Source of the DNA: an uncultured Acidobacteriota bacterium
GTDB taxonomy: Bacteria; Acidobacteriota; Terriglobia; Terriglobales; Acidobacteriaceae
Assembly (NCBI GenBank): GCA_963751805.1
Contig: CAVVVU010000018.1
Span: 3,307 to 67,306, forward strand
Length of the DNA: 64,000 nt
Reading direction: 5' to 3'
In this document: positions 19,392 through 29,430 of the stretch, piece by piece
Layout of the letters: each line of letters opens with the position of its first letter
Position numbering within the stretch: the stretch's first letter is position 1
The notes under the pieces: generated by a model
Told to the model about the DNA's origin: nothing
What the model saw: the letters and a program-made list of their open reading frames with translations, nothing else
Database searches by the model: none
Program-made: the position numbers and the translations under genes

Positions 19392-20713
19392 GGGCGCGAC
19401 TCGGTGCGGAAGTTGCTGAGCGCGACCTGGTTCGAGGGAAGGGCGGCGCCGTGTTTGCCGGACTCGGCGGCATGCTGCAGGCGGCTTTCGGAGTCGACGA
19501 GGAAGGTGCCTTCCGAGACGACCGTTTCTCCGTCATGCAGGCCGGCGACGATCTGGATGCGGTCGTCACTGCGCCAGCCGGTGGTGACGGTACGCGGTTC
19601 AAAGAAGCCTTCGGCGGTCTGCACAAAAACTTGCCGGCGGGCGCCGGAGTTGACGACTGCGTCGGCGGGAACGCTGAGCCCCGGGGGGAGTTTGCGCTGA
19701 ACCTCCACATCGACAAACATGTCAGGGCGCAGCTTGAAGGAAGGATTGTCGGCCTCGATTCTCACCTTGAGGGTGTGAGAGACGGGGTCGGTTTCCGGAA
19801 GCTGGCTGGAGACCCGGGCCGCAAGTGATTCGCCAGAGTCGGGAAGTGTTACGCGGACGGGTGTGCCGGGACGAAAGGCGTTGACGTCCGCACCGAAGAC
19901 CTCAGCGATGATCCACACATGGCTCAGGTCGGCGACGGTGTAGAGGTCGGTGTGGCGTTCGAAGCGAAGGCCGGAAGAGATGTTGCGCGAGAGGATGAAA
20001 CCGTCGGAAGGGGCGACGACGTAGATGTCTTCGGGGAGCTTGCGGGTGGTGCTGATTTCGTCGATCTGGACATCACTCATGCCGAGAGCCCGGAGGCGGT
20101 CGGCGCGAGCCTGGGCGCTGGCCGCATTCTGGAGGGCGGCGGTTCCGTTGTCCTTGGCGCCGGCACTGGGCGTTCTTTCATTGGCGGAGAGAAAGCCGCC
20201 CGCGACGGTGAGGAACTCGGGCGAGTAGATGATAGCCAGGTGCTGGTTCTTCTTGACGTGGTTGCCGACCGAGTCGTCGTGGGTTTCTTTGACGAAACCG
20301 TCAGTGCCCAGATTGACGCGGAAGATGCGCGACTCATCAGCTGTGACTTTGCCGAAGACACGGAGAGGCGCGTTGGACGCGCTGTTTTCGGCGCGAGTCA
20401 GACGAATGCCGTAGAGCCGCTGGTTGACTGGGTCGATGTGGATCGAGCCGGGACGGTCCGATGCCGCGGGCAGGGCAGCTTTGGCGGCGTCCTCGGCGTA
20501 AACGGGGACAAGGTCCATGCCGCAATCCGGGGCGGTGCCGGCTCTAGCCGAGTGGTAAGCGGGGTGCATGGGGTCGACGTAGTAGAGAACCTGCCGGGAT
20601 GCGTGATCGGTCGCTGCGGGGCGATGTCTGCCCAGGGCGAAGCTTAGCCCGCAGGCCAGAACGATGAGGACGATAAAGAGTGCTTTGCGATTCACCCGTT
20701 TCCCTCCCAGCAA
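19388..20713 (-). CDS. cusB: CusB-like RND periplasmic adaptor with heavy-metal-binding domain
   Basis: YYVDPMHP...APDCGMDLVP, IYSPE, LRPDMF, FLVDSESRL; overlaps the cusA start. Confidence 0.9.
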   Translation of the reverse strand: MLGGKRVNRKALFIVLIVLACGLSFALGRHRPAATDHASRQVLYYVDPMHPAYHSARAGTAPDCGMDLVPVYAEDAAKAALPAASDRPGSIHIDPVNQRLYGIRLTRAENSASNAPLRVFGKVTADESRIFRVNLGTDGFVKETHDDSVGNHVKKNQHLAIIYSPEFLTVAGGFLSANERTPSAGAKDNGTAALQNAASAQARADRLRALGMSDVQIDEISTTRKLPEDIYVVAPSDGFILSRNISSGLRFERHTDLYTVADLSHVWIIAEVFGADVNAFRPGTPVRVTLPDSGESLAARVSSQLPETDPVSHTLKVRIEADNPSFKLRPDMFVDVEVQRKLPPGLSVPADAVVNSGARRQVFVQTAEGFFEPRTVTTGWRSDDRIQIVAGLHDGETVVSEGTFLVDSESRLQHAAESGKHGAALPSNQVALSNFRTESRP

Positions 20714-21162
20714 GCATTGATCGCCAGTGCGCGCGTGGCGTCGAAGCTTGCGACTCAGCCGGAGTGCCGTGGTTGGCGGCGTATCAGAGGCCTGGGCGGA
20801 GTTCTGGAGCCCATGCCGTTTCGAGCAAGTCGGACAGTCGCTGAAGACCGGAAAGCAGACTGATTATCAGTGACGGCAGCAGGGACCTTCTTTGCATTCG
20901 CGCAAGTAGTAAGGGCGCGGAGGCCGGGAACTTTGATACGACGACAAAGCCTTTCGGGAACGCACCCTGGAGTTCAGGCGGGGCGGGAAGTGAAGATTTG
21001 CCGGAACGAGGATCGAGGTTGCGCAAGGGCAAGGAACTGCGCAGCAAAGGTAAGCGATACTGCGGCTAGCATCAGGCCAAGCCCAGCCATTCGTGCGTGC
21101 AACGTTTGTGCGCGAAGAGGGGTGCCGGGGTTCATCTTTGCCTGATAAGGAGAGGTCTCCCG

Positions 21163-22053
21163 ATGGTTCGAAAGATGGTAGCGATGGGCGCGGTGCTGCT
21201 GGCGGCAGCGTCCGTGGGGCAGGCGGCGGATACCGGCGCGGCGAGCTCGCGGCTTTCCGCGACAGAAATTGTCAACCGGAACGTAGCGGCGCGCGGTGGT
21301 TTGCAAGCCTGGCGCGCGGTGCAGTCCCTCACGTGGCAGGGGAAGATGGGCGCGGGCGGAAACCAGCGGGCGGCGCTGCCGGATGTAACGCCGGGCAAGA
21401 AATCGCTGAAGCTGCCGGTCGATCCGCGGCCGAAAGAAGAGGTACAGTTGCCGTTCACGATGGAGATGCAGCGCCCGCACAAGACGCGGGTTGAGCTGCA
21501 ATTCAAGGGACAGACGGCGGTGCAGGTGTATGACGGGACGAAGGGCTGGAAGCTGCGGCCCTTTCTGAACCGGATGGACGTGGAGCCGTTCACGGAAGAC
21601 GAGGCGAAGGTCGCTTCGCTGCAGCAGGAACTGGACGGGCCGCTGGTGGACTACGTCGCCAAAGGGACGCGGGTCGAGCTGGACGGGCTGGAGAAGGTTG
21701 AGAACCGTGAGGCGTACAAGCTGAAGCTGACTTTGAAATCCGGCCAGGTGATGCATCTGTGGATTGATGCACAGACGTTTTTGGACGCGAAGATCGAAGG
21801 ACAGCCTCGCCGCCTGGATGGCAAAGATCATCCTGTGGAGGTGTACTATCGCGATTTCCGCCAGGTGAACGGATTGCAGATTCCCTTTGTGCTGGAGACG
21901 CAGGTGCTGCCTGTCGCGAATTTAAACAGCAAGGTGAGGCCGCTGCCGATTCCGCCGGAGAAGATCGTAATCGAGAAGGTTGTCGTGAATCCAAAGCTGG
22001 ATGCCAGCTTGTTCACCAAGCCCCAGGTACAGATGGCTTCCAACGTGAAATGA
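21163..22053 (+). CDS. LolA-like / outer-membrane lipoprotein-sorting family periplasmic protein
   Basis: Signal peptide, AARGGLQAWRAVQ, QVYDGTKGW, LWIDAQTFL, VVVNPKLDASLFTKP; AAGGAG RBS. Confidence 0.75.
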   Translation: MVRKMVAMGAVLLAAASVGQAADTGAASSRLSATEIVNRNVAARGGLQAWRAVQSLTWQGKMGAGGNQRAALPDVTPGKKSLKLPVDPRPKEEVQLPFTMEMQRPHKTRVELQFKGQTAVQVYDGTKGWKLRPFLNRMDVEPFTEDEAKVASLQQELDGPLVDYVAKGTRVELDGLEKVENREAYKLKLTLKSGQVMHLWIDAQTFLDAKIEGQPRRLDGKDHPVEVYYRDFRQVNGLQIPFVLETQVLPVANLNSKVRPLPIPPEKIVIEKVVVNPKLDASLFTKPQVQMASNVK

Positions 22054-22222
22054 GAGGGCAGCCGGTTTGGCTGGTCACGCAGAAGCAAGAGCACCGATAG
22101 CGTCGTAAAGACGCCAAGAAGATCGCCCACATTCAACCGAGATGATCGGAGAATGTGGGCGACTTTTTGATCCGAAAGAAAAGGTTTGTGAATGCTGTGA
22201 CGAGGCCATCGATGCTGCTGGA

Positions 22223-24067
22223 TCAGTACCCGATGAAGAGCGGCATGCGAAAGGGTTTGGACGATGAAGCGCTGATTGACTTGGTGATGCCGGACTTGGT
22301 CTCCTGCATCTGGGTTGCGTATCCACAACCGGCACAGTAGACCGATTCGGTGTACATGTAAGAGGTTTGGGAGTCTACGCTGACGAAGGCGACGTCGGTG
22401 GAGGGCACGCTTCGGGATGGGTAGATCAGGGCCCCGAGCAATTCCGTGCGGCCGCCGTCGGTGGTTTGCATGACTGTTCCAGCGCTTTCAGTCTTCAGGC
22501 CGAGTACCCACAAAGATCCGCCGAGGTTGGAAATCTTGGGACCGACGCCCTCATTGTCGATCTGGCGGGCCCAAACGGATTGGGATTGCTGGACGACGAG
22601 GGGCTTGTTGATTTCGACGTCTTCCAGGAAGAGGTTGCCAGCGCCGGGCGCGGACAGATAATCGACGCGGGCGTCTTTGATGGCGACCGGCCGAGCGCCG
22701 ACGTGGTCGATTTTCATGCCGTAGCCGAACTGCTCAATGACGAGCGGGATGGGGTTGTTGCTTTGCACGATGAGGCGAATGCCGCCGCCGTTCAGACCCG
22801 AGGAGCTTCCGTTGACGACGGAGGAGTAGCCGACGATTCGTTTCACCGTATCAGGCACGATTACTGCAGCTTCGGCGGCGGAGAAGTATCGGCCGAAGGG
22901 AAAGTAAATAGTGCTCTTGCCACTGTTGAGCAGAGCCTGAAGTCCAGCCGTATCCCCGTACCAGCGCGGGATGAAGGAAGCCGAATCACTGGTGCTGGAG
23001 GAGTAAGACGGCGTGGTCGAGACGGGGAGGTTGAGGCTTCCGTCGAGGATGTTGCCGCTGATCGTCTGAGCTGCGCCAATGACCTGCTCTGCGATGAGGC
23101 CACTGATGAGCGGAAGTGAGATGCCGCTGGTATTTTTCAACGTTGCCAGGTAGCCCGTGGAATTGATGTTGCGCAGGTACATGGACGTATTGGTCTGGAT
23201 GGCGTAGTTGAGCAGGGTGCCGCCGGTGAGTTGGCCGTCGATCATGATGATGAAACCGCCGGTGTTGCTGATGGCAGGCACCTTGTTGGTGCTGACGAGG
23301 CGATGTATGTTCACGGGTTGATTGGAGTTGCGTATGCCGGCGATGTTCTGACCGGAGAGGGTAATGCCTTCGAGCGTGGAGCTATATTCGGAATTCTTGA
23401 AGTCGAAGCCCACGTCGAAACCGACGACCTTGGTGTCACGCACCATGAGTGGGCCCGACCAGTTCCGTGTGAGGTCGATGCCGGCGTGACCGTGGCCGTC
23501 TTCGCTGTGGATATAGACGTTGTGAATAGAGCCGCTGTTGTTGGAGATGTAGCTGAGAGCGGTGGCGCCGGGGTTGCCGGCACCGACGGAGATCTGGAGA
23601 TCCCAGATATTTTGGTGAAAGGACTGGTTTCCGGCGGGAGTGAGGATAACGGGCTTGGGAGTGGTGGGGTCCGTGAATCCGCTGGATGCGGGCGCAAGCC
23701 GGATGATGGAAGCGCCAGAGCCGTCTCCCTGCAGTGTGACGCAGCATCCTATCCACTTCAAAGTGTCATGAACGAGGTAGGTTCCGGGGGGGAAATAGAG
23801 GCCTTTCGGCTGGCCGTAATAGTCAGCAGACGCGTTGGTGCGGCTGTCTGACAAGGCGGTTTGGATCGCCGCCGTGTCATCCGTTTTGCCGTCGCCCACG
23901 GCCCCATAGGTTTTGACTGAAGGCATGAAGCCGGCGGGAAAGGCGATCGGGCCGGAGGTGAGGGATGCTCCGGTGACTGGGGTGAATTGAGCGTAAGCCG
24001 AGGCAGGGAGGGTAGCCAGAGCCAAGAGTAAATACGCGGCGCCGCTGAAACGAAAAGGGTTAAGCAT
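22223..24067 (-). CDS. Secreted pectate-lyase-3 superfamily (beta-helix) protein
   Basis: Signal peptide, VKTYGAVGDGKTDDTAAIQ, LYFPPGTYLV, WARQID, LWVLGLKTE. Confidence 0.85.
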   Translation of the reverse strand: MLNPFRFSGAAYLLLALATLPASAYAQFTPVTGASLTSGPIAFPAGFMPSVKTYGAVGDGKTDDTAAIQTALSDSRTNASADYYGQPKGLYFPPGTYLVHDTLKWIGCCVTLQGDGSGASIIRLAPASSGFTDPTTPKPVILTPAGNQSFHQNIWDLQISVGAGNPGATALSYISNNSGSIHNVYIHSEDGHGHAGIDLTRNWSGPLMVRDTKVVGFDVGFDFKNSEYSSTLEGITLSGQNIAGIRNSNQPVNIHRLVSTNKVPAISNTGGFIIMIDGQLTGGTLLNYAIQTNTSMYLRNINSTGYLATLKNTSGISLPLISGLIAEQVIGAAQTISGNILDGSLNLPVSTTPSYSSSTSDSASFIPRWYGDTAGLQALLNSGKSTIYFPFGRYFSAAEAAVIVPDTVKRIVGYSSVVNGSSSGLNGGGIRLIVQSNNPIPLVIEQFGYGMKIDHVGARPVAIKDARVDYLSAPGAGNLFLEDVEINKPLVVQQSQSVWARQIDNEGVGPKISNLGGSLWVLGLKTESAGTVMQTTDGGRTELLGALIYPSRSVPSTDVAFVSVDSQTSYMYTESVYCAGCGYATQMQETKSGITKSISASSSKPFRMPLFIGY

Positions 24068-24395
24068 AGAAAGCTCCTAAGAATCGAGGAAGCTGCAAGG
24101 GAGATTCTGCTTACGCGTTCTGCATGACTCTTGCAGGTGGCCCTGGGATATTGAGATCGATGGCCCTATAGTAACTCGATTAGTACCCTAGGAAAACAGA
24201 ATTTTAGTTACCGCTAATTACCAAAGTTTGCAGAAGAGGTCATAGATCGGAAGTGGCCCGGATTCTTGCGAAGGCAAATACCAAGAGCGGAACCTCAGAG
24301 TTCGAGGCCAAAAGGCGGAGGATAGACGGTTGCCACGGATGCAGGCCGGATGACGCAGGCAGGTGTAAAAGCGCGAATGAACGACTGAAACGTGA

Positions 24396-25133
24396 CTACT
24401 CGCAGGCCGGTTCGGATTCGTCGTCAACGGCTTTTGTTTCTAATGTATGACCGCATATGGTGAGATAGAAAAGCAGTTCTACGCGGCTGGTAACACCGAG
24501 CTTTTCGAAAGCGCGAAAGAGGTAATTCTTGACCGTGTGTTCACTTAAGCGAAGGTCTGCGGCAATGGCTTTATTCGTCTTCCCCTTTGCGGCAAGCTGC
24601 ACGACCTGCAATTCGCGGGCGGTCAGTGTGGGGGAATTCATGGCCGTGACCATATGCGGCACGGCGATGCTGCGAAAGGCTTCGAGGAGAGCGGTTGTCT
24701 CGTCTCGTCCCGCCCAGATAAAGCCTTTACTGACGTGTTCGATACAGTCGAGGAAGTCGTCCATCGATTGCTGCCGTGAGAAGACGCCGCGAGCCCCGGA
24801 CCGGAATGCGCTGATGACGGCGTCGTTGGTGGTGGTGTTCAGCAGGATGACGATGGAGGTGTGGGGATGATTGCGGCTGGCGTTGAAGGCGAGATCGAAT
24901 CCGCTACCGGGTTTCGAGTCGAGTTCGGCGCCGATGACCACCAAATCGATGTCGTTGGAACTCAGGGCCTCGAGCAGGTCAGCGGAGCGAACAGCAGACG
25001 CTTCACAGCGGCGCTCACGAATGAGTGCTTTTGCCAGCAGATCACTGCTCATGGAGTCTCGATCTACGATCAGCACCCGGAAAGCGGGCCTCGCGACTTG
25101 CGCGATTTTCACAATCTTCTCTTGCTTACTCAT
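24396..25133 (-). CDS. LuxR/NarL-family regulator with atypical receiver domain
   Basis: C-terminal LTARELQVVQL...GKTNKAIA..L.LSEHTVKNYLFRAFEKLGV HTH; the receiver has DLVVIG where the phospho-Asp is expected. Confidence 0.88.
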   Translation of the reverse strand: MSKQEKIVKIAQVARPAFRVLIVDRDSMSSDLLAKALIRERRCEASAVRSADLLEALSSNDIDLVVIGAELDSKPGSGFDLAFNASRNHPHTSIVILLNTTTNDAVISAFRSGARGVFSRQQSMDDFLDCIEHVSKGFIWAGRDETTALLEAFRSIAVPHMVTAMNSPTLTARELQVVQLAAKGKTNKAIAADLRLSEHTVKNYLFRAFEKLGVTSRVELLFYLTICGHTLETKAVDDESEPACE

Positions 25134-25611
25134 ACGTCGGCTGATCCCCTGTCGCTTTCCACCCAACCGGGTGGCGACCCGTGGAATTGGTGTGTACAAT
25201 TGCCGCACCGTTTCACGGGAACTTCAGTGGTCCTAGACGCCAGAGTCTAAAAGCTGCCGGGCGTCCCAGATCAAGGCTACATGAGCCCTGAGTTCGTATT
25301 GAAGGCCGCCGCTCGGGGGACGACGGATTTGGTCAGAGGTGACTCTGACGGTGTTTCTAAACGGTATCAGTCAGGCAAGATCTCGGCGGTACCAGTACTT
25401 TTACTCTACCTTGCCCGGGCCATCTTGTAACCCATTTCTTTAGTAACTGGCACTTCCTTCTCTGCCGGCAAGGGAGACGCCTTCTCTAGTATTCACGACA
25501 AATCTACATCCCGGGGCGCGCGAAAGTGGGCAAGACCCTTACATTCTCACCTCATTTTCAAACTTTCAGCCTCTTGTTCCCTGACCAAGCTCGACGTAGG
25601 CTTGCAACTAT

Positions 25612-25965
25612 ATGAAGCCTGGACCGGTTCTGGAACACCGACTGCAGCGGCGATCAGCAGTCCGATACCGATTAAAGTTGCCAGTCATCTTCCATTGGAA
25701 TGACGGCACGCCTCACACCGAAGGTGGTTTCACTTCGGATGTGGCGCTGGACGGTGCGTTGATCATGAGCAGCAAATGTCCGCCAATCGGGACCGATATT
25801 CGGATCGAGGTACTTCTGCAATCGCCTGACCGGAGTGGCGAGGAACTTCGCATCGAATGCATGGGAAAAGTGACCCGAATTCTCGAGCAGCACGGTTGCA
25901 AAGCCTTTGGTGTGCACGGGATTTTTGATGACGATCATCTTACGCGGCAGGTTCTGGTCGATTGA
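25612..25965 (+). CDS. Stand-alone PilZ-domain protein
   Basis: RRSAVR (RxxxR) and DVALDG (variant of D/NxSxxG); 117 aa. Confidence 0.75.
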   Translation: MKPGPVLEHRLQRRSAVRYRLKLPVIFHWNDGTPHTEGGFTSDVALDGALIMSSKCPPIGTDIRIEVLLQSPDRSGEELRIECMGKVTRILEQHGCKAFGVHGIFDDDHLTRQVLVD

Positions 25966-26192
25966 TTTGGGAGTCTGCGGACATCCTGAACGAGAACGCG
26001 CTGTGTTGCGAACAAAACTGATGAAAGTCTGGCACAGACCAGATTTCCCAAACGATTTGACGTTCAAGCCCTCGTCCCCCGGGCTTACTTCTTTTGAACT
26101 CGTTGCAGGCTAATCCAGCTGCGTTGACTAAAACGAAAAGATGTTCCAATCAAATCCGGATCGCGGTGGATTGGGACTGAGAGGGCGAAGCT

Positions 26193-26792
26193 ATGCCGGC
26201 CAAAACTATATCGAAGGCCCGAGACTCCAGTGGTGGCTGCGTGGTGAAGGGATCGCGCGGCGACGGGGAAGCACATGGGCAGTATTCCGCTGAAACGCGC
26301 TGGTTTGCGGTGTGGACGCGATCGCGGCAGGAAAAATCAGCGGCATCGCTGCTTGAAACGATGGACGTACCCCACTTTTTACCTTTGAAGAGCGAACAGC
26401 GACAGTGGAGCGACCGCAGGCAGGAAGTGACAGTTCCCCTGTTTCGGGGTTATTTCTTTGTCAGAATCAATCCGCTCGAAGAGTCGCGTGTCAAGGTGCT
26501 TAAAACTCCGGGCGTGGTCGGCCTGGTAGGCAACAGCACCGGGCCGCTTCCTATACCAGATGAGCAAGTCGACCAGATCCGTACCGTGCTGACGTCAGGG
26601 GTCGAGTACTGGACAGGTCCGTTCCTGGAAGAAGGCGATCGAGTTCGCGTGAAGCGTGGCGCTCTCGCCGGCCTTGAAGGAACGTTGCTCCGGGCCAATT
26701 CACAATCGCGTTTGTCCGTCTCGGTGGACCTGATTCAGCATTCTGTTGCGGTGAGCATTTCGCGAGACGATGTTGAACGGGTGGACGGGTGA
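26193..26792 (+). CDS. UpxY/RfaH-type NusG-paralogue transcription antiterminator
   Basis: WFAVWTRSRQEK, FLPL...RQWSDR...PLFRGYFFV, KOW motif GDRVRVKRGALAGLEG; heads the polysaccharide operon. Confidence 0.9.
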   Translation: MPAKTISKARDSSGGCVVKGSRGDGEAHGQYSAETRWFAVWTRSRQEKSAASLLETMDVPHFLPLKSEQRQWSDRRQEVTVPLFRGYFFVRINPLEESRVKVLKTPGVVGLVGNSTGPLPIPDEQVDQIRTVLTSGVEYWTGPFLEEGDRVRVKRGALAGLEGTLLRANSQSRLSVSVDLIQHSVAVSISRDDVERVDG

Positions 26793-26961
26793 AGGCTGTC
26801 GTTCAAGGCTTTGACTATCTTGCAATGAAACGCTTCTTCGAAGAACCTGCACATGAAGAAGTCCTAACCTGAAGCACCTGAGTGTTATCGAGCCGCAGGC
26901 ACTTTGCGGAATGATACTCACGCATCAGTCATGGTACCGGTCGAGAGTACCTTCGGGAGGG

Positions 26962-28401
26962 ATGATGAACGAGAAGCATCGATTGACGATCAATTTGCTG
27001 AAACTGCTCGACATCACGATGGTGATCTTCGCCTTTGTGTTGACCACGATCTTGATGGTGAATGCCGAACACAAAATCACGATCGAAGAATTTTTATCGA
27101 TGAGGACCAGAGTTTCGAATCTGGCCATTTTTGTTTCTGCGCTGTGCATCTGCCATATCATCTTCCACCTTTGCGGGCTCTACCGATCGAGACGTCTTTC
27201 CACGAGACGATTGGAATTGCTCGATGTGGTGAAGGCTATGACCATCAACACGGCATGCTTTACGGCTTTCGGTTCCTTGTTCGCGATCCGCATGATCACG
27301 GTGCCCTTCCTGACTGCCTTTTGGATCGTTGGCACCATCGTGCTATGCCTGACGAGATTCTTGCTCCGCCTGGTAGCGGCGCGGGTGCGAGTGCAGGGGC
27401 GCGACCTGAGGTACATGCTGATTCTTGGTACGAATCCGCGGGCCGTCGAGTTTGCGCGCCGCATTTCGGGGGATCCGGCTCGGGGCTTCCGCCTGCTGGG
27501 TTTTGTGGATGATGAGTGGCCGGGCCTTGGGGGCCTGAAGGACCACGGCTTCAAGGTAGTCAGCGACTACGCCGGGCTGGCGGAATTTTTAAGACGGAAC
27601 GTCGTCGATGAAGTAGCGGTCTACCTTCCTTTCGGCTCGTTCTACCGTCATTCTTTTGAAGTCGCCAATCTGTGCCAGCAACATGGGATCACGATGCGCT
27701 TCAACTCGGATATTTTTGGGCTGAAGACCACCCGCTGGCGAGCTGAACAGTACGATGAAGATAATTACATTGCTACGTACACCGGCGTTGGGGAACTGTG
27801 GCCAAGGACCATCAAACGAATCATCGATGTTGCCGTGTCGGCGATGGCCCTGCTGGCTTTGTCGCCCGTGTTGATTGCAGCCGCCATCGCCATCAAACTT
27901 ACGTCGCCAGGGCCTGTGTTTTTCCTGCAGGAAAGAATCGGGTTCAACAAGAGGCGATTCAAGATATTCAAATTTCGAACGATGGTACCGAACGCAGAGA
28001 AGCTGATGGCTTCCCTTGAAAAGCACAATGAGGCAGGTGGGCCAACGTTCAAAATGAAGAACGACCCGCGCATCACGCCTATAGGCAAGTTTCTGCGCAA
28101 GAGCAGCATCGACGAACTGCCACAGCTTCTCAACGTGCTGGCCGGAGACATGAGCCTGGTGGGGCCGAGGCCGCTGCCGGTTCGGGATTACGAAGGCTTC
28201 AACGAAGACTGGCAACGGAGAAGATTCAGCGTCAAGCCAGGGATCACCTGCCTGTGGCAAGTCAATGGGCGGAGCGGGATCACGTTTGATCAATGGATGC
28301 TGCTTGATCTGAAGTATATGGACGAGTGGTCTTTGTGGCTGGACTTCAAGATCCTGGCCAAGACCGTCCCTGCAGTTCTACGAGGCGCCGGGGCAGCGTA
28401 A
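26962..28401 (+). CDS. Polyprenyl glycosylphosphotransferase (WcaJ-like priming sugar transferase)
   Basis: Four N-terminal TM helices, KRIIDV, KFRTM, DPRITPIGKFLRKSSIDELPQLLNVLAGDMSLVGPRP. Confidence 0.93.
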   Translation: MMNEKHRLTINLLKLLDITMVIFAFVLTTILMVNAEHKITIEEFLSMRTRVSNLAIFVSALCICHIIFHLCGLYRSRRLSTRRLELLDVVKAMTINTACFTAFGSLFAIRMITVPFLTAFWIVGTIVLCLTRFLLRLVAARVRVQGRDLRYMLILGTNPRAVEFARRISGDPARGFRLLGFVDDEWPGLGGLKDHGFKVVSDYAGLAEFLRRNVVDEVAVYLPFGSFYRHSFEVANLCQQHGITMRFNSDIFGLKTTRWRAEQYDEDNYIATYTGVGELWPRTIKRIIDVAVSAMALLALSPVLIAAAIAIKLTSPGPVFFLQERIGFNKRRFKIFKFRTMVPNAEKLMASLEKHNEAGGPTFKMKNDPRITPIGKFLRKSSIDELPQLLNVLAGDMSLVGPRPLPVRDYEGFNEDWQRRRFSVKPGITCLWQVNGRSGITFDQWMLLDLKYMDEWSLWLDFKILAKTVPAVLRGAGAA

Positions 28402-28471
28402 ACACGAAAGAGGGATATCTCAGATTGCCGGATATGAGCAGCTCTCTCTGAATAGCACTAAGTGGGAATTG

Positions 28472-28487
28472 CGGTACCTTGCTTGCA
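28472..28487 (+). promoter_or_regulatory. Possible sigma-54 promoter inside the EPS locus
   Basis: CGGTACCTTGCTTGCA: GG-N10-GC with TTGCA -12, about 30 bp before the WecB/TagA gene; imperfect -24. Confidence 0.3.
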
Positions 28488-28515
28488 CTGTATGAATGGA
28501 TGAAAGGCTGGGAGA

Positions 28516-29292
28516 TTGATGGAACAAGTCATGCGGGCAAATGTTTTGGGAGTGGGAGTCAGTGCCATCTCCATGCGGGACGCGGTGAAGTACACAGACA
28601 CCCTTTTACAGGGCAGTCAGTCTCGCGGGTATATCTGCGTGACAGGCGTGCATGGTGTGATGGAAGCGCAGGAGGATCGCAGCTTTCGCAAGATTTTGAA
28701 TTCCTCTTTTTTAACGACTCCCGACGGGATGCCGACGGTGTGGGTGGGCCACATGCAAGGGATGAAGAACATGACCCGCGTGTACGGGCCCGACTTCATG
28801 CTTGAAATGTGCAAGCTTTCGGTGATGCGCGGCTATCGCCACTTTCTTTACGGCGGGAAGGAAGGTGTCGCGGAGGATCTCAAGAACAAGCTGACTGCAC
28901 AATTTCCGGGACTGCAGATCGTGGGTACCTACACGCCGCCATTTCGGCCACTTACTGCAATCGAAGAATCCGATCTTGAAAAGCAACTGCTTGAATTGCA
29001 TCCCGATATCCTGTGGTGCGGGTTGAGCACGCCGAAGCAGGAGCGTTTCATGTCGCAGTACTGCGGAAAGTTGCCAGTGAAGTTAATGGTCGGCGTTGGC
29101 GCGGCATTTGACATCAATAGCGGGCATCTGAAGGATGCCCCCAGTTGGATGAAGGGTCTCGGTCTCCAGTGGTTGTTTCGAATGGTGATGGAGCCGCGCA
29201 GACTCGCCAGCAGGTACTTGAAGAACAATCCCCGTTTTATCTGGCTGATCTTCCTGCAAATGCTGGGAATCCGCAAATATCAGTTAACCTAA
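28516..29292 (+). CDS. WecB/TagA/CpsF (GT26) glycosyltransferase
   Basis: TPDGMP, RVYGPDFM, GLSTPKQERF, GVGAAFD, GLQWLFR...EPRRLASRYL. Confidence 0.93.
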   Translation: MMEQVMRANVLGVGVSAISMRDAVKYTDTLLQGSQSRGYICVTGVHGVMEAQEDRSFRKILNSSFLTTPDGMPTVWVGHMQGMKNMTRVYGPDFMLEMCKLSVMRGYRHFLYGGKEGVAEDLKNKLTAQFPGLQIVGTYTPPFRPLTAIEESDLEKQLLELHPDILWCGLSTPKQERFMSQYCGKLPVKLMVGVGAAFDINSGHLKDAPSWMKGLGLQWLFRMVMEPRRLASRYLKNNPRFIWLIFLQMLGIRKYQLT

Positions 29293-29430
29293 ACGCCCGA
29301 CGGAGCCACCCCATTCACAAGAGCCTAAGAAAGTCATAGTGCTTGAAGAGTGTGGCCGGTTGAACCAACGATCGCTTTTGGGGCCAACTTAAATCCCAAG
29401 ACTTAGATTTGGCTTTACTGACCTCTGGAA

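Noticed and set aside
20784-21135. Possible frameshifted small gene upstream of cusB
   Set aside because: Hydrophobic stretch present but no recognisable family, RBS or consistent frame; cannot be supported.
1839-21831. Many long antisense or alternate-frame ORFs (e.g. 1839-2855, 5392-6354, 11813-12652, 20974-21831)
   Set aside because: Shadow ORFs typical of high-GC coding DNA; they overlap well-supported genes and lack recognisable motifs.
24253-24269. TGGCCCGGATTCTTGC as a sigma-54 promoter
   Set aside because: GG-to-GC spacing is 11 rather than 10, and it points toward no gene start.
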